Below, piece by piece: positions 27,017-35,079 of a DNA stretch of 45,201 nt. The first letter of the stretch is position 1. Each line of letters starts with the position of its first letter. The stretch is taken from the sequence record NC_073088; one strand, 5' to 3'. The position numbers were made by a program, and so were the translations under genes. This stretch comes from Escherichia phage PC2. The notes beneath the pieces were generated by a model that saw only the letters and a program-made list of their open reading frames with translations, was not told where the DNA came from and made no database searches.

Positions 27017-27051
27017 GGTTGCACACCAACAGAGATATGAAGGAAGACAAA

Positions 27052-27366
27052 ATGACTAACATGACCGTAGCAACTCCAGTAGACGCCGCAATGGCCCGTT
27101 TCAATAAAGCTACCGTAGCGAATACCTTTACCTTTCACGCAATGCGTAACGCGGAAGCGCTGAATCTGTGCCAGAGCATGAATGCTTCTGAAGCGGCAAA
27201 AGCGGCGATCAACTCCGCGATATTCGATAATCCGGCTTGCGGCCTGGTTCCGGCATCTTTCATAAACGCCCTGGTCGAAGCCTTTAACGATTTCATGTGC
27301 GTCGATGCCGTTGAAGCTGTATGTGCCCGCTTAACTTCCACCGGTGGCAACATCAAATTCAACTAA
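27052..27366 (+). CDS. Hypothetical protein, moron gene 1
   Basis: 104 aa; RBS GAAGGAAG; own promoter 26987-27016; plus strand inside the minus structural arm. Confidence 0.5.
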   Translation: MTNMTVATPVDAAMARFNKATVANTFTFHAMRNAEALNLCQSMNASEAAKAAINSAIFDNPACGLVPASFINALVEAFNDFMCVDAVEAVCARLTSTGGNIKFN

Positions 27367-27420
27367 ACCAATCGGGGGCGAAAGCCCCAATAATGAGGAC
27401 ACAAAAATGAGGACACAAAA

Positions 27421-28185
27421 ATGAGACTGACAAAAGACATTAAAAATCAGATTCTGGCTAACATCCTGCGCGACCACGAAATCGCAACCGAAGCCAAACA
27501 AATCATGATGGACTCACGCGACATGGCGTACGCAATCACGCTGGACTGTATGCCGGACGGCATTCGCACATTCGCCGCGCTACGCGAGCATATCCTGTTA
27601 ATCCGCGATGACCAGTCGCAGATGTACGGCGTCAGCATATACACCAACAAGGCGACGTATAGTTATAACTCCGACCGCCCGAAGGGTATCGGCAGCGTCT
27701 ATGACGCCACCTTTGAAATCAACGCAGGCGGCAATGTTCGCACCTTGTCATTGAGCGGCGACGGTCGCCAACACCGCATACATCGCGGGTACTGGGAAGA
27801 GAAATATATGAATAAGCTCGCGCCTGATCTCGGCGATATCGTTCCGGGGTTCGAGACAGTTATGCTCGCGTCAGTGTGCGAAGTGGACGAGGACGGGAAA
27901 GCGCTGCCGATATATCTCCCACGCGGTCGCGTAGACTACCCAGCGGATCATGATTTCTGTAAGCGCCTGGACCGTAACGACCAGGCCCGCCGCGAGTTGC
28001 GCGCGAAGTATGACGCGTTCAAACTCACCGTTACCGGTGTACTTGACCTGCACAATACTGACAAGAAGCTGATTAAGGCATGGCCTGAAGTCGAGCAATT
28101 CATCCCGTACCCGGACAAGCAAAAATCCACGGCGGTGGCGCTGGATGTGAAAACACTCAACGAGATTTGCGGCATTCCGCGCTAA
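27421..28185 (+). CDS. Hypothetical protein, moron gene 2
   Basis: 254 aa; no motif recognised; followed by a hairpin at 28191-28211. Confidence 0.55.
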   Translation: MRLTKDIKNQILANILRDHEIATEAKQIMMDSRDMAYAITLDCMPDGIRTFAALREHILLIRDDQSQMYGVSIYTNKATYSYNSDRPKGIGSVYDATFEINAGGNVRTLSLSGDGRQHRIHRGYWEEKYMNKLAPDLGDIVPGFETVMLASVCEVDEDGKALPIYLPRGRVDYPADHDFCKRLDRNDQARRELRAKYDAFKLTVTGVLDLHNTDKKLIKAWPEVEQFIPYPDKQKSTAVALDVKTLNEICGIPR

Positions 28186-28190
28186 CGAAA

Positions 28191-28211
28191 AAGGGGCCAT
28201 TACGTCCCCTT
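28191..28211. terminator. Hairpin between the moron cassette and the spanin genes
   Basis: AAGGGG-N9-CCCCTT, followed on plus by GATTATTTG. Confidence 0.45.
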
Positions 28212-28430
28212 GATTATTTGCTGCAACTCCAGCACCTGCGCCCTTAGCTTCGCCCCGCATTCCATATTTTTCACGTCAATCATCAAATCCTCGTCGGGGT
28301 CTGCAGACGGGTTATCGAACTTGCACGGCGGTCGCAGTGCCGATTCCGTTAGCGGCATCAACGGCACGCTGCTTGATCCGCACGCGCTCAGCGTCAAAAC
28401 TACAATCAGGGCGGTTAGGGCGCGTAACAT
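28200..28430 (-). CDS. o-spanin (Rz1-like outer-membrane lipoprotein)
   Basis: 76 aa from ATG 28430 (RBS AAGAGG); signal peptide with lipobox LSAC, Pro-rich mature part; starts inside the Rz-like ORF in another frame. Confidence 0.55.
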   Translation of the reverse strand: MLRALTALIVVLTLSACGSSSVPLMPLTESALRPPCKFDNPSADPDEDLMIDVKNMECGAKLRAQVLELQQIIKGT

Positions 28431-28641
28431 ATTTAACAACCTCTTTTGTGATAGTCCGGTATTCCACGTCGCGGGCTTGTTCTGCCTGCACGGAGCGCTC
28501 GATTACTTTAGTTTGCTGCCGTTGGGCTTGGGCTTGCGCTTCTTGCGCCGCCTCCGCCACTACGCCAGCGCGATAGGAGTCACCTAGCCAGAATCCTACC
28601 GCCAGACCTATAACCAGTCCAATCGCTGCATATTTAATCAC
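28312..28641 (-). CDS. i-spanin (Rz-like)
   Basis: 109 aa from GTG 28641 (RBS GGGGG); N-terminal transmembrane segment AAIGLVIGLAVGFWLG then Ala/Gln/Glu coiled-coil; overlaps the o-spanin ORF. Confidence 0.55.
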   Translation of the reverse strand: MIKYAAIGLVIGLAVGFWLGDSYRAGVVAEAAQEAQAQAQRQQTKVIERSVQAEQARDVEYRTITKEVVKYVTRPNRPDCSFDAERVRIKQRAVDAANGIGTATAVQVR

Positions 28642-29737
28642 GCCATAACCCCCGGTTTTTAAGCTGTGCAATAGTCATCAGTTCGCCAGAATCGGTGAAC
28701 ATCTTCGGCACTTTCACGCCGCGCATAATCTGGTCGGCGCGTTGCACTCCGTATAATTCTTCCAGGATATGGCGCGGCTGGCGCTGCACCCATGAGAAGA
28801 AATCAGTCTGCGCGTCGACCTGCTCACTCAGCAATCGACCCGCGTCAGCCTTCAGTGCCGGACGCTTACCACTGGGCCAATCTTCCATGCCTTTAACCTT
28901 CCACGTCTCCGTCGATCGGCAACAATAATGCAACTTGCCCGGACCAGCGCCATATTGTGACCCAGCCACCACTTTCCCGCCGCGCTTTCCTTTGGTGTCG
29001 GGAGTAACACCAACCGGATAAAACAGGCGATCGCGTAGCTGGCACATGGGAGAAGTATGCGTGTCCAATGTAGATAACCATTGGCGACCTTCGAGAATAT
29101 CGTCATTTGCTTTTACCATTAGTTCGCGGGCTGTAGCCGCATAGTGGTTTACTGCGGATTTAACAACGCTCGATATAGCTTGCGCACTACGACCACCTAG
29201 CGCGCGCCTCACGTCCGCGATAATTTCCATCGTTGGCTTGCCCTGGATGAATCCCGCTCGCACCTGATTACCGATCTGCGTCCTGGTCCACTCCGAGAGT
29301 GAGTCGGGCCATTGCATCATCGTATTACCCTGGAACGGGTTTTTCATCGCAGTCGCTGCGATCTGCGCACCTGTAACTACGCCCACCACCTCGACCGCAG
29401 GTACGGCTACCACCGGCTGGATCGCTGCCGTTAATGTGTCAGCGAGATAATCGGCCTCCGTGTCGGCGAACTCCTGAAGGCTTTCAGCCAGCGCCTTAAA
29501 CTCGGTGCGCAGTTCTGTTTTAACGGTCTTGTCGAGTTGCGTTAGCAGAGTGGTAAGTGCCTTGTTGTTCATGGACTTTTTGCCATCAAGTAACTCGGTC
29601 AGCTTACCCAGTAACGTGGGCCGGAACTTCTCCCACATAGCCAGCACCTTTCGCGCCTGGTCATTGCTCAGGCGCTGGGTGAAGATGTGACGGCGAATCA
29701 TTCGATCCGCCATATATTGATTAATTGTCTTTGCCAT
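28634..29737 (-). CDS. Head morphogenesis protein (SPP1 gp7 / Mu F-like)
   Basis: 367 aa directly downstream of portal; overlaps portal by 17 nt. Confidence 0.65.
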   Translation of the reverse strand: MAKTINQYMADRMIRRHIFTQRLSNDQARKVLAMWEKFRPTLLGKLTELLDGKKSMNNKALTTLLTQLDKTVKTELRTEFKALAESLQEFADTEADYLADTLTAAIQPVVAVPAVEVVGVVTGAQIAATAMKNPFQGNTMMQWPDSLSEWTRTQIGNQVRAGFIQGKPTMEIIADVRRALGGRSAQAISSVVKSAVNHYAATARELMVKANDDILEGRQWLSTLDTHTSPMCQLRDRLFYPVGVTPDTKGKRGGKVVAGSQYGAGPGKLHYCCRSTETWKVKGMEDWPSGKRPALKADAGRLLSEQVDAQTDFFSWVQRQPRHILEELYGVQRADQIMRGVKVPKMFTDSGELMTIAQLKNRGLWRD

Positions 29738-31241
29738 TGTCCGCTACCTTGTCCTGGTCTTCTTCGGTAGATTCTACCGCATCCGGGGACATTTGAGGCA
29801 ATGGATTCTGATTTCGCAGTTCGTCTTCCACCTGCTCGACGGTTTGCGAGTCATCAATGACGCCCTGGGCCATCATCCACTTGATAAAGTCCGCCAGACG
29901 GACAGTACCAGTCTGCACACCTGCCATCATCGCGGTCATAAGCTGTGCGTCCACCGTGATCTCGGTGTAAAACTTATTCAACGTGACTTGCTGGGTTGCG
30001 GTGTCCCCCGTGAAAAGCTGGACGATTTGCAGCGCACGGTTGAAAGCCTTCTCAACATTACCGGCAATCAGCGACAAAATACTGTTATCAGTCTGCGCAT
30101 CATAAGCCGCCTCCGTTGCCGTCTTAGGTGCGGTCCCCTTCTCAACCAGGGCCGCGCCCAGTTTAGCCATTTGCAATTCGCGTCGCTCACACAGCGCAAC
30201 TGACAGGTTTCTCTCCTCAGCCTGAAGCAGTTTAGCGTCCATATTCTGCCCCAGGATAACACCCTTAGTCGCGCCTAGTGCGATGCCGCCCTTCAGGTTT
30301 TTATCGGCCCATGATTGGGTAAGACCGGTCGCAATGAGTGTAGGTTGGCCCACAATGTGCGCAATCTCGGCGACGTCTGCTTCGGCGTTGTAGTGCTTAA
30401 TGTTGATGGATGCAATATCCGCCAGCGGTGCGGCGTCCGGCGTCGCGTTGTTGTCCACAGCACCACACCAGCAAAATGGCAGTTGAGTAAGCGCATTACC
30501 GGAGGCATCCACCAGCGGCACTAAGTCGGTGCGGGTGAAGCCGCGCGGCAAGTCCATCTGCACGTCTGACGTGTCCGCGTTGTAAAACCAGCGTCGACCA
30601 TGTGCCTTGCCGTCAATCATGCGAAGCTCGGTCCAGATGGTTACCTCGTGGTTTGCGAAGTCGTCCGGGTCTTCTGTGCTGATTTCGTCCGTTTCCTTCA
30701 GCACGATTAGCGTGTCGACACCGTGGGTCTGCCGCCAGTTGATGATCTGCTCTGCCGTATACAGGCGGATAAGCGGGCGGTGTGACGCCATCTCAGCGGC
30801 TGTCTGCGGAACTACGTTACCCAGTTCATCAAAATGCGCCTGGCGGTCGTAGTCCACCATAAAGCCTGCGCGGCCCGATTGCAGCACTTCCGACATAGCG
30901 CCGCGCAGGAGTTGCGCCAGAGGCATCCCGCTGCCGTCTACGTCATCAATCAGGTCCGCCATTGCCCCAGTAAGGTCTATACTCACCGGCTTGGCGAAGG
31001 CAACGCCTAACAAGGCATTCAGTGTGCGGGCGGTGGCGTTCAGGAAGACAGCACGTTGCTTATACGCCTTATACCGTGCCCGTGATTTCGGGTCGGTGGT
31101 GTCGCCGCTTGCTGGGTGTGGCAGGTATAATGGGCCGCACGCCTTCACGGCGCGCTCCCCTGCTACGCAGTCACGGATCATTTTCCACTCTGGCGCGATG
31201 CGCGCATAGAGCGGGTGCTGGTTGTCAACGTTAACGGTCAT
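29721..31241 (-). CDS. Portal protein
   Basis: 506 aa directly downstream of the large terminase; acidic C-terminal tail. Confidence 0.8.
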   Translation of the reverse strand: MTVNVDNQHPLYARIAPEWKMIRDCVAGERAVKACGPLYLPHPASGDTTDPKSRARYKAYKQRAVFLNATARTLNALLGVAFAKPVSIDLTGAMADLIDDVDGSGMPLAQLLRGAMSEVLQSGRAGFMVDYDRQAHFDELGNVVPQTAAEMASHRPLIRLYTAEQIINWRQTHGVDTLIVLKETDEISTEDPDDFANHEVTIWTELRMIDGKAHGRRWFYNADTSDVQMDLPRGFTRTDLVPLVDASGNALTQLPFCWCGAVDNNATPDAAPLADIASINIKHYNAEADVAEIAHIVGQPTLIATGLTQSWADKNLKGGIALGATKGVILGQNMDAKLLQAEERNLSVALCERRELQMAKLGAALVEKGTAPKTATEAAYDAQTDNSILSLIAGNVEKAFNRALQIVQLFTGDTATQQVTLNKFYTEITVDAQLMTAMMAGVQTGTVRLADFIKWMMAQGVIDDSQTVEQVEDELRNQNPLPQMSPDAVESTEEDQDKVADNGKDN

Positions 31242-31252
31242 GGTCGGTTTCC

Positions 31253-32638
31253 TTAGTAGAAGTCTACGGTAGGAACAACGGCGATCGGTCGAATCACAGG
31301 GAACAGGTGCGCAACAGGATAGCCCGCGGCGTCGTTCATGTGGTCCACACCGGCGGTCTTATCCGGTTCGCCTTTCTTCAGGTCATACACCTGCTGTTCC
31401 AGACATTTCGCTAGTGTAGGGCATTTATCCAGGTTGACAAAATACTGGCGCACGCCCTTCGAGTTGCACATCATCGTATTCATCGCGATCAATCGGTCTT
31501 TAACAGGCGGGTTAACGCTGTCATACTCCACATCGAAGCCAGCGTCTTCCAGTTGTGCGATATCGGACGACGAAGCGTTAACCGTCTTGCGGGACTTGCC
31601 ACTGCTATCCGGGTAAACGACAACACGACCGGCAGCACAATGATCGGGGTAGCGCTCCTCGATCGCCTCAATCATAGCCGGGGTGTCAAACAGGTCCACA
31701 AATTCATCCACTGCGTGAATCTCGTCGCGGAACTCCTTGTTCTCTGTGACTCGCTGCCGTCTGACATACACAACCGCCGCCATCTTAGTGACGTTAAAGT
31801 CCATACCGATAATCAGCGTGTCGTCCGGCTGCACTTCTTCGGTGCTGGCGTTCTCCTCGCGGTTGAACATCTTGTACACCGCGCCCGACGTAAGGTTAAC
31901 AAACAGGCCGTTCAGGTACGCGTCGATCAGGTTAGCTGGGTATTGACTACGCAGCGTGTCGATAAAGTCTGCCGGTAAATGGTGGTTGTCCGTGGTCTTC
32001 GCCCGGATCAAGCGTTTCTGGCTATCCTTCTCCACCTCGAAAATTTGATACATCGCCCGGAAGCCTTCCGGCGTTGACACGATGACGAACTGGCGGACGA
32101 AGCCAGCACGCAGACGACCGAGCAATTTGTGATATGCCGCCAGCGCGACGTCTTGTTTCGTGGTGTCGAACTCGTCGGCAACAATCCACGCGGCGTTGAT
32201 ACCGATCAGGCGGGTATAGTTCTCCATTGACTCACAGATAACGCGAGTCCATTTGCCTTTCACCAGCACGTTGTAAATCTTGTCCTGCTTATTGAACTTC
32301 CACCGGAAGCCAGCCTCGTCGAATGCCTTCTCCAGTTCCGGGTACATGATTTTAACCAGGAGTGGAATAGTCGGTTCGGTCACGATGCCGTCATAACCAG
32401 GGTTAAGTGTCAGAAGCTGGATGACCTTACGTGCGGCAACCCATGACTTGCCACCGCCGAAGCCGGAACACAGGCCGAGGATTTTAGTCTTCGTGTCGCG
32501 CAGTAGTTCAACCTGGTGCGGCAAGCAATCTGGCTGGTAAAGACGCACAGCCTGCGCAACGCGTGTCGGGCGTGGCGGTCGGTTACGATTTGCGATCGCT
32601 CGTTCAAGGGCGCGGTGTTCTGCCGCATAGTTACGCAT
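31253..32638 (-). CDS. terL: Terminase large subunit
   Basis: 461 aa; Walker A GLCSGFGGGKS, Walker B-like WIVADEFD; C-terminal nuclease region; TAATG overlap with the small subunit. Confidence 0.9.
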   Translation of the reverse strand: MRNYAAEHRALERAIANRNRPPRPTRVAQAVRLYQPDCLPHQVELLRDTKTKILGLCSGFGGGKSWVAARKVIQLLTLNPGYDGIVTEPTIPLLVKIMYPELEKAFDEAGFRWKFNKQDKIYNVLVKGKWTRVICESMENYTRLIGINAAWIVADEFDTTKQDVALAAYHKLLGRLRAGFVRQFVIVSTPEGFRAMYQIFEVEKDSQKRLIRAKTTDNHHLPADFIDTLRSQYPANLIDAYLNGLFVNLTSGAVYKMFNREENASTEEVQPDDTLIIGMDFNVTKMAAVVYVRRQRVTENKEFRDEIHAVDEFVDLFDTPAMIEAIEERYPDHCAAGRVVVYPDSSGKSRKTVNASSSDIAQLEDAGFDVEYDSVNPPVKDRLIAMNTMMCNSKGVRQYFVNLDKCPTLAKCLEQQVYDLKKGEPDKTAGVDHMNDAAGYPVAHLFPVIRPIAVVPTVDFY

Positions 32639-33189
32639 TATTCACCCTGGCCTTTGCCGGTAGGCTCCACAACGACGTCGCCGTTATCATCTTCGTCGTC
32701 ATCCAGCGGCACATCGTCGCGGACGCCGTGGTTTGCTTTAAGCAGGAATGTAGCGAAGCCCGCCGCGATGGTTACGCCACCAGCTTCCATCAGGAAAGTT
32801 TTCTGCAACTCCATAGCATCCGCCATCGCCTCGGCGAACTCCTCATGTGCGCGCGCCCAGCGATACAGGCAAGCTACGCCCACGCCGATTTCCGCGGCAA
32901 ATCGACCGAAGGTTGGCATTTTGTTGCGGGGGATTACTTGCGCAGCGCCTTTATCGGAGTAGTTTACCTGCCAGGCGTCGGCGTCGGCAAAATAGCGGCG
33001 AAGCTGATCGCAGTAAACGGATCTGTAGTCAGTAGGGCGTCCACATTTGCCGCCTTTACGGCGCTTTCCGTACTCGATTTCAGGTCCGAGATTGGTATGC
33101 TCGGTTTGCTCGCCTGGTTTACGGCGCGGGGTTACTGCCACTCGTCCGTCCAGTTTGGCGCGTCGGCCCTTAACTTTGATTTCTGCCAT
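32638..33189 (-). CDS. Terminase small subunit
   Basis: 183 aa from ATG 33189 (RBS AAGGG); basic N-terminus, acidic C-terminus; immediately upstream of the large subunit. Confidence 0.55.
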   Translation of the reverse strand: MAEIKVKGRRAKLDGRVAVTPRRKPGEQTEHTNLGPEIEYGKRRKGGKCGRPTDYRSVYCDQLRRYFADADAWQVNYSDKGAAQVIPRNKMPTFGRFAAEIGVGVACLYRWARAHEEFAEAMADAMELQKTFLMEAGGVTIAAGFATFLLKANHGVRDDVPLDDDEDDNGDVVVEPTGKGQGE

Positions 33190-33259
33190 GATATAAGCCC
33201 TTTTGTTCATATGCGCCGACCATCGGCAACATAGGAGACGGCCCTGCCATCTAAGGGGG

Positions 33260-33268
33260 ATTATAACA
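33260..33268 (-). promoter_or_regulatory. Candidate extended -10 promoter (TGtTATAAT) for the packaging/structural operon
   Basis: Minus strand reads CCTGTTATAAT about 70 nt upstream of the small terminase ATG; no good -35, so an activator may be needed. Confidence 0.4.
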
Positions 33269-33306
33269 GGCACAAAAAAGCCCACCAAATCGGCAGGCTA
33301 TGCGGT

Positions 33307-33519
33307 TTAAACGTCGCGCCCGTAGTATCGGGTTAACATGCTTTGCACTTCGCGTATAGCGCCCTCTGTGTAGCGTATTTGCGACAGTATCTCGATTCGC
33401 TCATCCATCGACATACCGACTGCCGCTGCCGTTCGTTCGAATCGGCGCAAGCCTTCGAGTTGTTTGCGTAGTTCTTTCAGGCGGGTGGCCTGCGTGCTCA
33501 TGAATACTTGTCTGATCAT
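33307..33519 (-). CDS. Hypothetical small protein
   Basis: 70-aa ORF; ATGA overlap with the upstream metallophosphoesterase gene. Confidence 0.4.
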   Translation of the reverse strand: MIRQVFMSTQATRLKELRKQLEGLRRFERTAAAVGMSMDERIEILSQIRYTEGAIREVQSMLTRYYGRDV

Positions 33520-34658
33520 TTCAACATTTCCGGGCTAATGGTTAAGCGCGCTACTTCGCCGTAGTTGGCGCTGTAGGTAATGACGTTGGCACTGCGACCG
33601 CTCATCCAGCCGCCGCGGCTGGCGTAGGCGTCTTTCGCTGCTAGCGTCCTGTGCTGTTCGACAATCATGTTGCGAGACTCGACAATCTTCTGGTGGTGCA
33701 AATGGCCTACGTGCGCGTAGCTGTATTCGCTAGACCCGAATGCCTGTCTAAATTTAGCGATCATAACCTGCTCGATAACATCGAATCGCGCTTTGTGCCC
33801 GTGGTGGAAAAACAGCGTGGTCTTACCGTGCTGCACCATTTTGTAGACGTCCGGGGACGTGTCCACATCGACGCGCGGCTCGTTCTCATACAGGGTATTG
33901 AACATCTCAGCAAGCAAAATCATACCCGATTCGTCATGATTACCCTGGACTATTAGCAGTTTGACTTTGTGGTGTTTTTGCAGCGCCAGGTCTACCACGT
34001 TGCGCACCATGCGGATCATGTAGCGGACTAACTTCTGATATCGGGTGTCGGCGTCCAGTACGTGACCGCTTGCCGGGGTGACTGCATCCAGGCTATCAAA
34101 GTGGGCCATATCCCCGAGGATATTGATAACGGCAGTGCCTGCGTCCGGTGCGCGGGCGAAGGCTTCGACAAACCAGCGGTAGAACAGGTCTTCGGCAATC
34201 GCCATATCCCAGTCTTCGCCAGTCTCCTCACCCCATGCCAGCATTCCCAGGTGAAAGTCTGACACGGTGTACAGGTTGAGCAAGTCGAGCGCCTGGATCG
34301 GTACTGGCGGGGCGTTTACAGGCGCTGCCGGTGTGATTTCGCTGTTCATACCCTCGACAACAGCGCGCATAGCTTCGAGTTGGCGCTCCTTGTCCTGCTC
34401 AGTGATGACCCACGACATGACCTCTTCGCCATTTCCGCGCACCAGGGCCGATACGCGCTTAACCCCAAAACCATCGGCAACGCGCTTACGGATCACGGCA
34501 TCATTGCCGTGACCAATTCCCTTTTTCGACAGGCGGGCTTTGCGCATATAGACATTGCGCATGGCAATCCCGTATTTCTTCGCAATCTCTTTAACCGTAG
34601 TCCCTGCCTGAATTTCTGCGATCAATTGCTCATCGGTAATTTTAGTTTGCGGGTGCAT
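33516..34658 (-). CDS. Helix-turn-helix domain fused to a calcineurin-like metallophosphoesterase
   Basis: 380 aa; N-terminal HTH (TVKEIAKKYGIAMRNVYMRKARL); phosphoesterase motifs VSDFHLG, GDMAHFD, VQGNHDE, HHGH, GHLHH. Confidence 0.7.
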   Translation of the reverse strand: MHPQTKITDEQLIAEIQAGTTVKEIAKKYGIAMRNVYMRKARLSKKGIGHGNDAVIRKRVADGFGVKRVSALVRGNGEEVMSWVITEQDKERQLEAMRAVVEGMNSEITPAAPVNAPPVPIQALDLLNLYTVSDFHLGMLAWGEETGEDWDMAIAEDLFYRWFVEAFARAPDAGTAVINILGDMAHFDSLDAVTPASGHVLDADTRYQKLVRYMIRMVRNVVDLALQKHHKVKLLIVQGNHDESGMILLAEMFNTLYENEPRVDVDTSPDVYKMVQHGKTTLFFHHGHKARFDVIEQVMIAKFRQAFGSSEYSYAHVGHLHHQKIVESRNMIVEQHRTLAAKDAYASRGGWMSGRSANVITYSANYGEVARLTISPEMLK

Positions 34659-34680
34659 ATTTAATTAATTCCTGATTAGT

Positions 34681-34706
34681 GGACCGTGGACAATATACCA
34701 CGGTCC
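34681..34706 (-). promoter_or_regulatory. Perfect 9-bp inverted repeat (GGACCGTGG-N8-CCACGGTCC) in the leader of the HTH-phosphoesterase gene
   Basis: Read directly; lies between a 26-aa hydrophobic mini-ORF (34720-34800) and the ATG at 34658. Confidence 0.4.
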
Positions 34707-34829
34707 GTATGGCGGCGGGCTATATCAATTCGCAAATAACCATGCCGATAAAAGCCGCGGTGGTCCAGATCGCTAATACCCAAATATCATTACGTGCCAT
34801 CTTGATTACTCCTCTCGTTGATTGGTCGC

Positions 34830-34859
34830 AGTATGGCGTCTATGTTGGTTGCGAGTCAA
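34830..34859 (-). promoter_or_regulatory. Candidate sigma70-type promoter (TTGACT-N18-CATACT) for the mini-ORF / HTH-phosphoesterase operon
   Basis: Minus-strand hexamers read directly; immediately downstream of the terminator at 34868-34895. Confidence 0.35.
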
Positions 34860-34867
34860 GCAATAAA

Positions 34868-34895
34868 AAGCCCGGAATTAACCGGGCTTAATTGT
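34868..34895 (-). terminator. Intrinsic terminator closing the lysis operon (hairpin flanked by T-rich tracts on both strands)
   Basis: GCCCGG-AATTAA-CCGGGC; minus strand continues TTTTTATTG, plus strand continues TTAATTGTTT. Confidence 0.7.
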
Positions 34896-35063
34896 TTACG
34901 CTGCGGGGCCGGATTCCGTCTGCGGTGGTGGGCTTGGCAGCTTCGCATCGAAGACGCCTGCATGGCTGATAGTGTCCGCGATGATAGCGCGTGCGCCGGG
35001 GTCTTCGGTTTTAGCCAGCGCGGCGAGCGCGTCGGCGTTATGATCAAGAATGCTTTTTAACAT
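34896..35063 (-). CDS. Small ORF between endolysin and terminator
   Basis: 55 aa (MLKSILDHNADALAALAKTEDPGARAIIADTISHAGVFDAKLPSPPPQTESGPAA); RBS GAGG about 9 nt upstream; not in the ORF track (<60 aa). Confidence 0.3.
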   Translation of the reverse strand: MLKSILDHNADALAALAKTEDPGARAIIADTISHAGVFDAKLPSPPPQTESGPAA

Positions 35064-35079
35064 ACTGTGTTACCTCGTA

